Assembly (NCBI GenBank): GCA_964016885.1
Contig: OZ024748.1
Coordinates: 42,284,001 to 42,348,000 of the forward strand
From: Eledone cirrhosa
Taxonomy: Eukaryota
Direction: 5' to 3'
Length of the DNA: 64,000 bases
Below, piece by piece: positions 11,095-24,600 of the stretch. The stretch's first letter is position 1. Every line of letters starts with the position of its first letter. The translations under genes and the position numbers were made by a program. The notes under the pieces were generated by a model. It was not told the origin of the DNA. It searched no databases and saw only the letters and a program-made list of their open reading frames with translations.

Positions 11095-14000
11095 ATGGCT
11101 GATATAAGAGTTGGGTGTCTGACTGTACGCGGCCTGGGACTGTCTTGGAAACAAGGCAAACTTTTAAACGATCTCAGGTCGCATAGAATGGATGTAATGG
11201 CTATTTGCGAGTCCAGGATCAGCAGCGAGCGCCAACTGGCGCCCCTCTTCGACGACTTTGAGATCTTCGCATCTTTCTGTCAACCGGGGGGTGGGGGTGG
11301 AGTTGTCGTTCTGCTGCGAAAACACCTGGGCCTCGCCATACAGAAGGTGCACCTGGACCCGGAGCGTCGACTGGTGGTTTTAGACGTTGGCAGTAGTGAA
11401 AGTGGAGCCCTTAGACTAATTGCTGTGTACGCCCCTTTTTGGGCAGCGCGGCCGGACTACTTCCAACGTCTGGAAATTTTTCTGGGAACGTCCCGCTCCT
11501 TGCTTTTAGTGGGGGACTGGAATGGTATCCTGGATGCACATTGGGACTATGTAGGGGCATGTGCCAATAGAGGGGGGTGTAAAAGCCTAGATATCGACTA
11601 GATTTTCCGACTGTACCACTATGGACGTGGACCAATCTCAGCGGAACATCTAGGTCGTACCTAGATAGGGTCCTAGTTAGAGATAAGGATAGGGACACAT
11701 TTAGCTGTCCAAAAATGTTCATGGTTGACTATTCGGATCACAAGTTAGTGACCTGCATAGTCAACCTTGATAGAACCCATAGACAGGGACCCGGTTACTG
11801 GAAGCTGAACTTGTCCTTACCGACAAGCAAAGCTTACAGTAAACGGATTAGCACGTTAGCTAAGCAGAGTTTGACAGGGGCAATTGTCAACAACAGGTGG
11901 TGGAGCTCTCTTAAGAGAGCAATTAGAATAGAATCGATAGGTTTTAGTCAGGAATTAGCAAGTGATAGGAACAAGACGGAGAGGGAATTAGTAGATAGAG
12001 TAGAAGAGGCGATTAGGAGTGGCAATGTAGCCAGCGTGCTGGCATCAAGAATGGCCTTAGACCAGTTCTTTGATGTGAAGCACGAGGGCTACGTTGTCAG
12101 GAGTAAAATACGTGCTCTGGGTAATGAGGGAGCCAAAGCTGTTAGCTGGGCCCAAGTGACAGAGGCAAAAAGTGGGAACAAGTCCACGATTCGGTCTTTG
12201 AAGGACCAGGATGGGCGTGTGATCCTTGAACCTAGGCAGATGTGTGCAGCCTTTCAGCGGCACTTTGCACGACTGTTCGGGAGGGGCGGCGTGCCGGGTG
12301 AGACTATGGATTTCAATCCATACCTCGACAGTCTGCCACGCCTCACGGACGGGGAGGCGAAGTCCTGCGAAAGGCCGATTTCAGCTGCTGAGATAGGGGC
12401 GGCGCTGAGCCAATGCGGCAAACGCAAATCCCCGGGTCTCGATGGTCTACCATACGAGCTATATGTAGCGATGCCGGACTTGTTCTCCGATATCCTCGAA
12501 GCGGTCTACTGCAACTGGCAGCAGAACGGGAGAATTCCCAGTTCTGTGGCCAAGGGCGTAGTTACACTGGTGAGGAAGGATGAGAACAAGGGGGATGACA
12601 TAAGTAACTTCAGGCCCATAACTCTGCTAAATGCAGAGTTAAAGATTTTGGCCAAGGTGTTAGCGAAGAGGCTGCCGCTTGTTGTCAGAAACCTGGTGGG
12701 AGAAGCACAGACATGCGCAATCCTGTCCAGGTCCATTCACGACAATCTCCACCTTATGCGATACATCATAGAGAGGGTAGGGAATGAACCCGGCTTTGGT
12801 GGGGCCCTGATCAACTTGGATCAATCTAAAGCTTTCGATAGGGTTGACCATCGTTACCTGGATGCGGTGCTCGCGGCGGCAGGCTTCAGACCCGTTTTCA
12901 GGGGTTGGATTGCTGCGATGCACAGCAGAAACGTCTGCTCAAGGGTCAAGGTGAACGGCCACCTCTCAGAGCCGTTCCAAATCATGCGATCCATCCGACA
13001 GGGATGCCCTCTCTCCTCCCTTCCGTATGTGCTGGCTCTTGAGCCACTACTGCGGAAGTTGGAGCGGTTGCAGGGCATCCCTTTGGAACCGGGATTGCAG
13101 AAAGCGGCGTCAGCCTACGCCGATGACGTGACAGTAATGGTGTTGAGAACCTCGCAAATCGGTGAGATCAGCACCTTACTGGAGGAATATGAAAGGTTTA
13201 CAGGAGCCAAGCTGAACCGGGACAAGTCCGTCGGTTTGCAACTCGGAACATGGAGAGGCAAACCGATGCCCTCCAACGACGTCGTCGGACGCTGGACGGA
13301 GGGCCTGGTGAAGCTGCTTGGGGTCTGGTTCGGACCAGACCTCCAGGTGGAGAAAAACTGGAACGAGGTAACGGCCAGGGTGTTTGCACTCGCCCAGAAG
13401 TGGGCCGAGTGCAAACTATCCCTGAAAGGTCGAGTGGAGGTGGCGAACGCTTATATAGCATCCGTCATCTACTACCGCTTGGCCGTCGTGCCTTGCCCAG
13501 TGAAAAGACTCGCCAAAATGGAGTGCGCGCTGTTCCAATTTCTTTGGAACAAGCGGACCCCTTTGGTGAGGAGATCCATCTGCTGTCAACACTCTTCGAA
13601 AGGAGGGCTGGGGATGCTGTGGCTACAGATGCGTAAACACGCATTAAGGCTACGGCACCTCCAGGTATTCCTCAACGGCCAACCGGTGTGGGCCCCGTTT
13701 GTGAGGCGAGCCTTTCCCAGTTTCGTCTCGCTCACCGAGCTGCAATCCTGGGTCAAGCAAAGACCGAGAAAAGTGGGCGACTGGCACATTGAATGTGCCC
13801 AGGCGCTCACGGCCCTCTGGAAAGCGGACCCGGCAATCAGTGGTGACTCCACCTCGACATTCTATAGAGGGTTGGTACGCAGCAGGTGCGACGATGCTCT
13901 CGGAGAAGCTCTAGGCATGGAGGAAGATGAACTGGCCAGTCTGTTCGGTAGGACGTTTGGCCCTGGACCGATGGACAACTTCCAAAAGTCCCTGGCTTGG

Positions 14001-14497
14001 CAGTGCTACCGAGGGGCTCTACCCATTCGAGACAAGCTCCACAGGCATGGGAGCCTGGGTAGAGATCCTTTGAATAAGATCTGTCCGAGATGCGTGCATG
14101 ACAACGAAACCGTTGCGCATGCATTCCTACACTGCCCAGGCATTGCTGACCTGTGGGGCTATGTGGAACGACTACTGTCGAGGGTGGGACCAATCCGGTT
14201 GACCACCGAGTCCATTGTCACGATCAAACCGCCTCCCCTTTCAAAAACGAAGGAGAGGCGGTTTTTCTCTGTGTGATAGCTAAGGCTAAAGAAGTTGTAT
14301 GGTGGACGAGGCTGAAAGGGCTGAGGTCAGACACCTTTCTCTCCGGCCAACAACTGGTCCCCTTTTTCAAATACCATTTTAAAAGAAGGATCAGAATGGA
14401 GAGAGAGGTGCTCTACCCCAGCAAGTTTTATGAAAGGTGGGTGAAAGTAGGGAGAATGGCCAGAGTGAATGGGTCTTCTCTCTATATCAGCCTGTAG
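11095..14497 (+). pseudogene. Tx1 ORF2 (AP endonuclease, reverse transcriptase, zf-RVT), with frameshifts near 11590 and 14230
   Basis: APE motifs (TVRGL, AICESR, GDWNG, YLDRVL, SDH); RT motifs (KSPGLDGLPYELY, FRPITLLN, KAFDRVDH, QGCPLS, YADD); CPRC..ETVAHAFLHC finger; an 853-aa stretch is open. Confidence 0.92.
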
Positions 14498-17178
14498 GTG
14501 AAAGAAGAGGAAAAAGAGGAGACGAGGGAAGCACCTACTCTTTGTGCTCCTGAGGAAAAGGGTTGCACATTTTTTCCGGGGTGTGTGCGACCCATGTTAA
14601 TGCCCCCTCCCTATTGAGGACTTCGTTTGTTGTTGTTATTTCATTGTTATATTTTTGTACTCGTTAATTATATGTAAACTTCCCCCTTTGTATCTGTCTC
14701 TACCTTTTGTGCCCTGGTGGCAAATAAAGAAATTACTCTATATATACTATTGTATTTTCATGGTAAAAGCTTTACCTCATATAATATCTCACATAACATT
14801 TACATTACTCTATATATACTATTGTATTTTCATGGTAAAGGGTTTACATCAAATAACATTTACATTACTGTATATATACTATTGTATTTTCACAGTAAAG
14901 GCTTTACCTCACATAATATCTCACATAAAATTTACATTACTCTATATATACTATTGTATTTTCACAGTAAAGGCTTTACCTCATATAAAATCTCAAATAC
15001 CATTTACATTACTCTATATATACTATTGTATTTTCACACTAAAGGCTTTACCTCACATAATATCTTGCATAACATTTACATTACTCTCTATATACTATTG
15101 TATTTTTACAGTAAAGGCTTTCCCTCACATAATATCTCGCATCACATTTACATTACACTATATATACTATTGTATTTTCATTGTAAAGGCTTTACCTCAC
15201 ATAATATCTCACATAACATTTACATTACTCTATATATACTGTTGTATTTTCATGGTAAAGGCTTTACCTCATATAACATTTACATTACTCTATATATACT
15301 ATTGTATTTTCACAGTAAAGGCTTTACCTCACATAATATCTCACATTACATTTACATTACTGTATATATACTATTGTATTTTCACAGTAAAGCTTTACCT
15401 CACATAATATTTACATTACTCTATATATACTATTGTATTTTCACAGTAAAGGCTTTACCTCACATAATATCTCACATAACATTTACATTACTCTAAATAT
15501 ACTATTGTATTCTCATGGTAAAAGCTTTACCTCACATAATATTTACATTACTCTCTATATACTATTCTATTTTCACAGTAAACTCTTTACCTCACATAAT
15601 ATCTCACATAACATTTACATTACTCTATATATACTATCGTATTTTCATGGTAAAAGCTTTACCTCATATAATATCTCACATACCATTTACATTACTCTAT
15701 ATATACTATTGTATTTTCATGGTAAAGGGTTTACATCAAATAACATTTACATTACTGAATATATACTATTGTATTTTCACAGTAAAGGCTTTACCTCACA
15801 TAATATCTCACATAAAATTTACATTACTCTATATATACTATTGTATTTTCACAGTAAAGGCTTTACCTCATATAAAATCTCAAATACCATTTACATTACT
15901 CTATATATACTATTGTATTTTCACCCTAAAGGCTTTACCTCACATAATATCTTGCATAACATTTACATTACTCTATATATACTATTGTATTTTTACAGTA
16001 AAGGCTTTCCCTCACATAATATCTCGCATCACATTTACATTACACTATATATACTATTGTATTTTCATTGTAAAGTCTTTACCTCACATAATATCTCACA
16101 TAACATTTACATTACACTATATATACTATTGTATTTTCACAGTAAAGGCTTTACCTCACATAATACCTCACATAACATTTACATTACTCTATATATACTA
16201 TTGCATTTTCATTGTAAAGGCTTTACCTCACATAATATCTCACATAACATTTACATTACTCTATATATACTGTTGTATTTTCATGGTAAAGGCTTTACCT
16301 CATATAACATTTACATTACTCTATATATACTATTGTATTTTCACAGTAAAGGCTTTACCTCACATAATATCTCACATTACATTTACATTACTGTATATAT
16401 ACTATTGTATTTTCACAGTAAAGCTTTACCTCACATAATATTTACATTACTCTATATATACTATTGTATTTTCACAGTAAAGGCTTTACCTCACATAATA
16501 TCTCACATAACATTTACATTACTCTAAATATACTATTGTATTCTCATGGTAAAAGCTTTACCTCACATAATACCTCATATAACATTTACATTACTCTATA
16601 TATACTATTGTATTTTCACAGTAAAGGCTTTACCTTACATAATATCTCATATAACATTTACATTACTGTATATATACTATTGTATTTTCACAGTAAAGCT
16701 TTACCTCACATAATATTTACATTACTCTATATATACTATTCTATTTTCACAGTAAACTCTTTACCTCACATAATATCTCACATAACATTTACATTACTCT
16801 ATATATACTATCGTATTTTCATGTTAAAGGCTTTACCTCACATAATATCTCACATAACATTTACATTACTTTTATATATACTATTGTATTTTCATGGTAA
16901 AGCCTTTACCTCACATAACATTTACATTACTCTATATATACTATTCTATTTTCACAGTAAACTCTTTACCTCACATAATATCTCACATAACATTTACATT
17001 ACTCTATATATACTATTGTATTTTCATGATAAAGGCTTTACCTCACATAATATCTCACATAACATTTAAATTACTCTATTTTATACTATTGTATTTTCAT
17101 GGTAAAGGCTTTATCTCACATAATATGGAATCTATGAGATTTTGATGTTATTTATTTTGAGAACAATACCTTAACATC

Positions 17179-17625
17179 TGTCAATTGTGTGAGAGATGTA
17201 ACTATGATGTCAGCTATCTGTCAACTGTGACATGTCAATCGTCACATCTGTCAACTGTGTCACATTTGTCAACTATGTGAAATATGTCAATTGTGACTGG
17301 TGTCAACTGTATCATATCTGTCAACTGTGACATCTATCAACTGTGTCAGATCTGTCAACTGTGTCACATCTGTCAACTGTGTCTCATCTGTCAACTGTGT
17401 CATGTCTGTCAACTGTGACAGATGTCAACTGTCACATCTGTCAACTGTGTGACATCTGTCAACTGTGTGACATCTGTCAACTGTGTGACATCTGTCAACT
17501 GTGTGACATCTGTCAATTGTGTGACATCTGTCAACTGTGTGACATCCGTCAACTGTCACATCTGTCAACTGTAACATCTGTCAACTGTCTCACATCTGTC
17601 AACTGTGTTAAAGATATGACATGTG
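17179..17625. repeat. 16-18 bp degenerate tandem repeat (TGTCAACTGTGTGACATC)
   Basis: Visible directly. Confidence 0.9.
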
Positions 17626-17645
17626 TTAATATTAAGTAGTCTCAC

Positions 17646-17735
17646 CTTATGATCTTTGTTGTTCTCCTCTGAAGAAGAATTTTCGTCAAACTTGAGCAGA
17701 AATATAAACAGCGGACAAAATATACAGAGTAACAA
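17646..17735 (-). CDS. TRPM: TRPM exon 12 (pre-S1 elbow): LLLCIFCPLFIFLLKFDENSSSEENNKDHK
   Basis: ctttcag|TTG...AAG|gtgaga; 90 nt, phase 0-0; hydrophobic xxxPxxI..F segment typical of TRPM. Confidence 0.9.
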
Positions 17736-17898
17736 CTGAAAGATGAATAAAGATAATAGGGAAATTATTCAGGGACATCCTCTGCATGAAAACCAAATAG
17801 TACAGACACTACTACCATACATAGTGTAGTGAGATAAGAATTTATTATCAATCATAATTAGGCTGCTATGAGGTATTGAACCCCATACCTTTCATATA

Positions 17899-18170
17899 CA
17901 TCATCATCATCATCATCATCATTTTACATCCGCTTTTCCCTGCTTCCAAAGGTGTGACGGATCCTATTCAGCACAACATCTCTCTATTTATCACGGTCCT
18001 CCATCATCTCCTTTGTGAGCTTCAGCGATCTGAGGTCAGTTCTCACCACCTCCGTCCATGTTTTTCATGGTTTACCTCTACTGTCTCTTCCTTCCACTGA
18101 GATTTCTTGGCACTTCTTCACCCAGTGGTCATCTTCCATGCACATCACATGGCCATACCAATGCTGTCTT
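17899..18170 (-). mobile_element. RTE LINE 3' fragment with (GAT)n tail
   Basis: (CAT)n followed by the reverse complement of an RTE C-terminus (HWYGHVMCM...GRGKPxKTWTEVVRTDLR). Confidence 0.7.
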
Positions 18171-18182
18171 CTACATACATAT

Positions 18183-18236
<54 letters not shown>

Positions 18237-19140
18237 GTGTGTATAATGGTAGCTATGGTGCTTCCATAGGCGGCATGCCAAAATTAGCACTTGATATTCA
18301 TACAGAGCAGAGTGTGGATAGTATAAAAAAACGAAAAATCAGTGATGCATCTGGACTCAGTTTATTGCGTGTTACAATTGTTTCGCCGGCAGGTAGCTCG
18401 AGACATGATCACTGTATGGATCTGGCTGATTCTACGGCTGCAGGTTCCTTCAGAGCAAATTTTCTCACTGTGAGAAAATTGCTCCAAACGAACTGCTCGT
18501 GTCCGAAGGAACCTGCAGCTGCCCGTTATGAATCTAAATTCCTTGTAGTCTATATAAGTTTGTTATTTCTCACTAATACATTTATTCCCCCAAAAAATTT
18601 TTTCCTTCGTTTTTAACAACATTCTTTAATAACATCTAACTCTTATTTATTACATCTATATGAATTATATAAATTTACCCCTATAAGTATACCTATCAAT
18701 TAAATTAATTTAATTTCTTTTTATAGATCTAAATTCCTTATGTTTTAAATAAGATTGGTATTTCTCACTAACACATTTATCCTAAAATTTTATTCTTCTT
18801 CGATTTTAACATTAGCATTATTCTTTAATAACATAAAATTTTTGTGTACCTTTCACCGGCTTGACCTCTTTTCATTCCCAAAGTAATCTTTTCATTCAAA
18901 GTATTCTTTCCATTCAAAACTGAAGTTTGCATTCCTCTACCCCTAAATTAAATTTCTACTACTACTATTCTATCAACTTGACCACTTACTACTCTTCTAT
19001 TGGTCAATTCAAAACCTGTTCCCAAACAGACCTATTATATTAAATCTTTGTTGGGTTTTTTTCAACTAGGGTTCCACACTGTAAAACTGAGACCCGAAAC
19101 CACATGTTTGCAATGTGTGAATTATATGACATAAACTCAC

Positions 19141-19366
19141 CTTCCAGGAGCTGTTACATTTTTTAATTTTCCCCATCCAAATATTACTGAGTAGAGATTG
19201 ACAAGGAGCCTGAGAAATAAACTTCTTATTATCAGCATTAACTGCTATCAGCATACATGTAGCATTGCTCCAGTTTTGTCGTTCTTGCACCAATAAATCT
19301 AATGTCATTTTTTCATCTGAAGAGTAACATTCAGTCAAAACTCCAATGGCACGTTCTTTAAAAAGA
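19141..19366 (-). CDS. TRPM: TRPM exon 11 (MHR4): (D)LFKERAIGVLTECYSSDEKMTLDLLVQERQNWSNATCMLIAVNADNKKFISQAPCQSLLSNIWMGKIKKCNSSWK
   Basis: ttgtag|T...AAG|gtgagt; 226 nt, phase 2-0; CY..D...LL, WxxxTCxxxA and CQxLLxxIWMG motifs. Confidence 0.96.
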
Positions 19367-19426
19367 CTACAATTGATAAAAAAGTTTAGTATGAGTGAAA
19401 AATCCACACAACAGAATTTATAATAA

Positions 19427-21535
19427 AATGAGGAGAATAAATGGGAGAAAGACAGTCTCCCCCATATCGACCCAATAGAGGGACCAGCAGTGTTAGTCGA
19501 GGGGAGTATAATAAGTAAGGCAATCAAGGATATGAAGACGGGTAAGGCGGCTGGGCCTTCGGAAATAGTTGCTGAGATGCTGAAGGCATCTGGCACGGTG
19601 GGACACACCATGGTCACCCGCATAGTTAACCAAGTCGTACAGAATGGGGTTGTTCCGAAGGACTGGCATAGCAGCATCATCGTTAACTGTTATAAGGGTA
19701 AAGGAGACGCCCTAGATAGGAGTAACTATAGAGGCATTAAATTAATCGACCAGGTCATGAAGGTCACGGAAAAAGTAATAGCGCAACTAATCAGAGAGAG
19801 AATTGACCTAGATGAAATGCAGTTCGGGTTTGTGTCAGGCAAAAGTACGCTCTTTTCATAGTACGACAACTACAGGAGAAGTACCTAGCTAAAGGTAAAC
19901 CCCTCTACTTAGCTTTTGTCGACTTGGAGAAAGCCTTCGACAGAGTCCCCCGCTCCATTATCTGGTGGGCTCTTAGAAAACTAGGCGTTGACGAATGGCT
20001 TGTGAGGGCTATACAAGCCATGTATAAAGAAACAGTCAGCAAGGTTAGAATTAACAACGAATATAGTGAAGAGTTTAGCGTAAAAGTTGGCGTCCATCAG
20101 GGCTCTGTTCTCAGCCCACTACTATTTATTATTGCCCTTCAGGCTATAACAGAGGAGTTCAAGACGCTTCCCATGGGAACTCCTATACGCAGATGACCTG
20201 ACACTCATAGTGGAATCAATGGCCGAGCTAGAGAAGAAATTCCAAACATGGAAGCACGGCCTAGAGTCAAAAGGACTTAAAATTAACCTGGCTAAGACCA
20301 AAGTACTAGTTTGTAGGAAAGAAAACAAGGCGGCGGTCCCTTCTGGGAAATGGTCGTGCTCGGTGTGTAGGAAAGGCGTAGGTAGAAACTCCATTTTATG
20401 TCCTAAATGCAAAGTATGGGTGCATAAAAGATGTAGTGGGATTACAGGTAAGCTAACTAAGAACATAGATTTTACATGTGGCCGGTGCTCTGGTGCAATA
20501 AGTAGCAGCAAGTGCCCACAAAATACTAGCTCTTTCAATTGCGCAGAGGGTTCTATAGAAATAGTGGACAGCTTCCGTTACCTGGGCGATAAAATCAGCA
20601 GTGGGGGAGGGTGCTCTGAAAGTACTGTAGCTAGAGTCAGAACTGGTTGGAAAAAGTTCAGAGAGCTTATACCACTATTAGCTGCTAAAGGGTTCTCCCT
20701 AAAAATGAAAGGCAGGTTGTACGATGCCTGCATACGAACAGCAATGCTGCATGGCAGTGAGACCTGGGCATTGTGTGCAGAGGATATACGCAGACTAGAG
20801 AGGAACGAAGCTTGCATGCTCCGCTGGATGTGTAACAGTAATATACGTGAACGGCAAAGCATAAACGAACTAAGGAAAAAATTAGAGATAAGAGGGATCA
20901 GATGTTGTTTACTCGAGAGAAGGCTACGTTGGTATGGACACGTGATGCGCATGAAAGTCGATAGCTGTATAACAAAGTGCAGGGCAATAAAGATAGACGG
21001 TAGTCACGGAATAGGCAGACCTAGAAAAACCTGGGACGAGCTGATAAACTCCGACATCACACACTTACACCTCTCCAAGACAATGTCACTGGACCGAGAC
21101 CTTTGGCGGTACTCAGTAACAGAGAAGACCCGCCTTACCTAAATATATAGTAAAACCTACTCCAGCCAGTAGGCATCTCTAACAAAATACACCCCGTCCC
21201 ACCACCACCACCCCCACCCCATCCACACCACCCCGTTCTAGTTATGTTGGTGCCGCACCATCGAGGCCGAAACAAATGAGATCGTGTAGGTGTCACGACA
21301 AAAAAACACACAGTCCACGCTGTAATGTGGCCGTGTGAGCAACACGGTAAAAACCTCCCAGACCCACACTGTAAATGTGGTTGGTGTTAGGAAGGGCATC
21401 CAACTGTAGAAAACCTGCCAGACAGTCCTATGCGAGCAAGACAATCACTCTTGCCTCAAGTGGGACTACCCCCGTCCAAACCCATGCAAGCGTGGAACAC
21501 GGACGTTAAACGTTGATGATGATGATGATGATGAT
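19427..21535 (+). mobile_element. 5'-truncated RTE-clade LINE (RT, C4HC3 finger, 3'UTR, (GAT)n tail)
   Basis: NYRGIKL, DLEKAFDRVP, GVHQGSVLSP, YADD, LRWYGHV and GRPRKTW motifs; a few frameshifts. Confidence 0.93.
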
Positions 21536-21606
21536 CCTGAAAATTAAATTAATGAAATTGAAGGAGAAATATTCATAGTTATAATCAATAAATTTTAGCT
21601 TTAACC

Positions 21607-24600
21607 TGTTGACTGCCACTTAACTTTTACACAGCTACAGTTGCTGAGTTGACTGCTGTATATATTTTACACAGCTACAGTTGCTGTGTTGACTGCTGTA
21701 TATATTTTACACAGCTACAGTTGCTGTGTTGATTGCTGAATATATTTTACACAGCTACAGTTGCTGTGTTGACTGCTGCATATATTTTACACAGCTACAG
21801 TTGCTGTGTTGACTGCCACATACATTTTACACAGCTACAGTTGCTGTGTTGACTGCTGTATATATTTTACACAGCTACAGTTGCTGTGTTGACTGCTGAA
21901 TATATTTTACACAGCTACAGTTGTTGTGTTGACTGCTGTATATATTTTACACAGCTACAGTTGCTGTGTTGACTGCTGTATGTATTTTACACAGCTACAG
22001 TTGCTGTGTTGACTGCTGAATATATTTTACACAGCTACAGTTGCTGTGTTGACTGCCACATACATTTTACACAGCTACAGTTGCTGTGTTGACTGCTGTA
22101 TATATTTTACACAGCTACAGTTGCTGTGTTTACTGCTGAATATATTTTACACAGCTACAGTTGCTGTGTTGACTGCTGCATATATTTTACACAGCTACAG
22201 TTGCTGTGTTGACTGCCACATACATTTTACACAGCTACAGTTGCTGTGTTGACTGCTGTATATATTTTACACAGCTACAGTTGCTGTGTTGACTGCCACT
22301 TAAATTTTACACAGCTACAGTTGCTGTGTTGACTGTTGTATATATTTTACACAGCTACATTTGCTGTGTTGACTGTTGTATATATTTTACACAACTACAG
22401 TTGCTGTGTTGACTGCCACTTAAATTTTATACAGCTACAGTTGCTGTGTTGACTGCTGTATATATTTTACACAGCTACAGTTACTGTGTTGACTGCTGTA
22501 TATATTTTACACAGCTACAGTTGCTGTGTTGACTGCCACTTAAATTTTACACAGCTACAGTTGCTGTGTTGAGTGTTGTATATATTTTACACAGCTACAG
22601 TTACTGTGTTGACTGCTGTATATATTTTACACAGCTACAGTTGCTGTGTTGACTGCCACTTAAATTTTACACAGCTACAGTTGCTGTGTTGACTGCTGTC
22701 TATATTTTACACAGCTACAGTTGCTGTGTTGACTGCTGTCTATATTTTACACAGCTACAGTTGCTCTGTTGACTGCCACATAAATTTTACACAGCTACAG
22801 TTGCTATGTTGACTGCCACATAAATTTTACACAGCTACAGTTGCTGTGTTGACTACTGTATATATTTTACACAGCTACAGTTGTTGTGTTGACTGCTGTA
22901 TATATTTTACACAGCTACAGTTGCTGTGTTGACTGCCGTATATATGTTACACAGCTACAGTTGATGTCTTTACTGCTGAGTATATTTTACACAGATACAG
23001 TTGCTGTGTTGACTGCTGTGTATATTTTACACAGCTACAGTTGCTGTGTTGACTGCTGTATATATTTTACACAGCTACAGTTGCTGTGTTGACTGCTGCA
23101 TTTATTTTACACAGCTACAGTTGCTGTGTTGACTGCTGTATATATTTTACACAGCTACAGTTGCTGTGTTGACTGCTGCATTTATTTTACACAGCTACAG
23201 TTGCTGTGTTGACTGCTGTATATATTTTACACAGCTACAGTTGCTGTGTTGACCACTGCCTTTATTTTACACAGCTACAGTTGCTGTGTTGACTGCCAGT
23301 TAAATTTTACACAGCTACATTTGCTGTGTTGAGTGCTGTATATATTTTACACAGCTACAGTTGCTGTGTTGACTGCTGCATTTATTTTACACAGCTACAG
23401 TTGGTGTGTTGACTGCCATATATATTTTACATAGCTACAGTTGCTGTGTTGATTGCTGTATATATTTTACACAGCTACAGTTGCTGTGTTGACTGCTGTA
23501 TATATTTTACACAGCTACAGTTACTGTGTTGACTGCCATATATATTTTACATAGCTACAGTTGCTGTGTTGATTGCTGTATATATTTTACACAGCTACAG
23601 TTGCTGTGTTGACTGCTGTATATATTTTACATAGCTACAGTTGCTGTGTTGACTGCTGTATATATTTTACACAGCTACAGTTGCTGTGTTGACTGCTGTA
23701 TATATTTTACACAGCTACAGTTGCTGTGTTGACTGCTGTATATATTTTACACAGCTACAGTTGCTGTGTTGACTGCTGCATTTATTTTACACAGCTACAG
23801 TTGCTGTGTTGACTGCCACATACATTTTACACAGCTACAGTTGCTGTGTTGACTGCTGTATATATTTTACACAACTACAGTTACTGTGTTGACTGCTGTA
23901 TATATTTTACACAGCTACAGTTGCTGTGTTGACTGCCACTTAAATTTTACACAGCTACAGTTGCTGTGTTGAGTGCTGTATATATTTTACACAGCTACAG
24001 TTACTGTGTTGACTGCTGTATATATTTTACACAGCTACAGTTGCTGTGTTGACTGCCACTTAAATTTTACACAGCTACAGTTGCTGTGTTGACTGCTGTC
24101 TATATTTTACACAGCTACAGTTGCTGTGTTGACTGCTGTATATATTTTACACAGCTACAGTTGCTGTGTTGACCACTGCCTTTATTTTACACAGCTACAG
24201 TTGCTGTGTTGACTGCCAGTTAAATTTTACACAGCTACATTTGCTGTGTTGAGTGCTGTATATATTTTACACAGCTACAGTTGCTGTGTTGACTGCTGCA
24301 TTTATTTTACACAGCTACAGTTGGTGTGTTGACTGCCATATATATTTTACATAGCTACAGTTGCTGTGTTGATTGCTGTATATATTTTACACAGCTACAG
24401 TTGCTGTGTTGACTGCTGTATATATTTTACACAGCTACAGTTACTGTGTTGACTGCCATATATATTTTACATAGCTACAGTTGCTGTGTTGATTGCTGTA
24501 TATATTTTACACAGCTACAGTTGCTGTGTTGACTGCTGTATATATTTTACATAGCTACAGTTGCTGTGTTGACTGCTGTATATATTTTACACAGCTACAG

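Larger units (their letters stand above)
9032..14731 (+). mobile_element. Near-full-length L1-clade (Tx1-like) non-LTR retrotransposon, ~5.7 kb
   Basis: 5'UTR, ORF1 with a zinc knuckle, ORF2 with APE, RT and a C-terminal zinc finger, and a 3'UTR ending in AATAAA (14723-14728); sharp junctions into the 72-bp repeat. Confidence 0.93.
8733..17178 (+). mobile_element. TTAA MITE copy with an expanded 72-bp array (~4 units left, ~34 right), interrupted by the Tx1 LINE; right TIR lost
   Basis: ttaa|CCTCTTAGCATTTACATT start; arrays at 8741-9031 and 14732-17125; MITE body gaatctatgagattttgat...gaacaataccttaacatc ends at ~17178. Confidence 0.8.

Noticed and set aside
12057-14193. Antisense and alternate-frame ORFs over Tx1 ORF2 (and over the RTE copies)
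   Set aside because: They are shadows of GC-rich retrotransposon coding sequence.
14655-17145. Long ORFs of 200-364 aa with YFHSKGFTSHNISHNIYITLYILL repeats
   Set aside because: These come from a stop-free 72-bp unit. Two frames are open, frameshifts are frequent, and there is no coding context.
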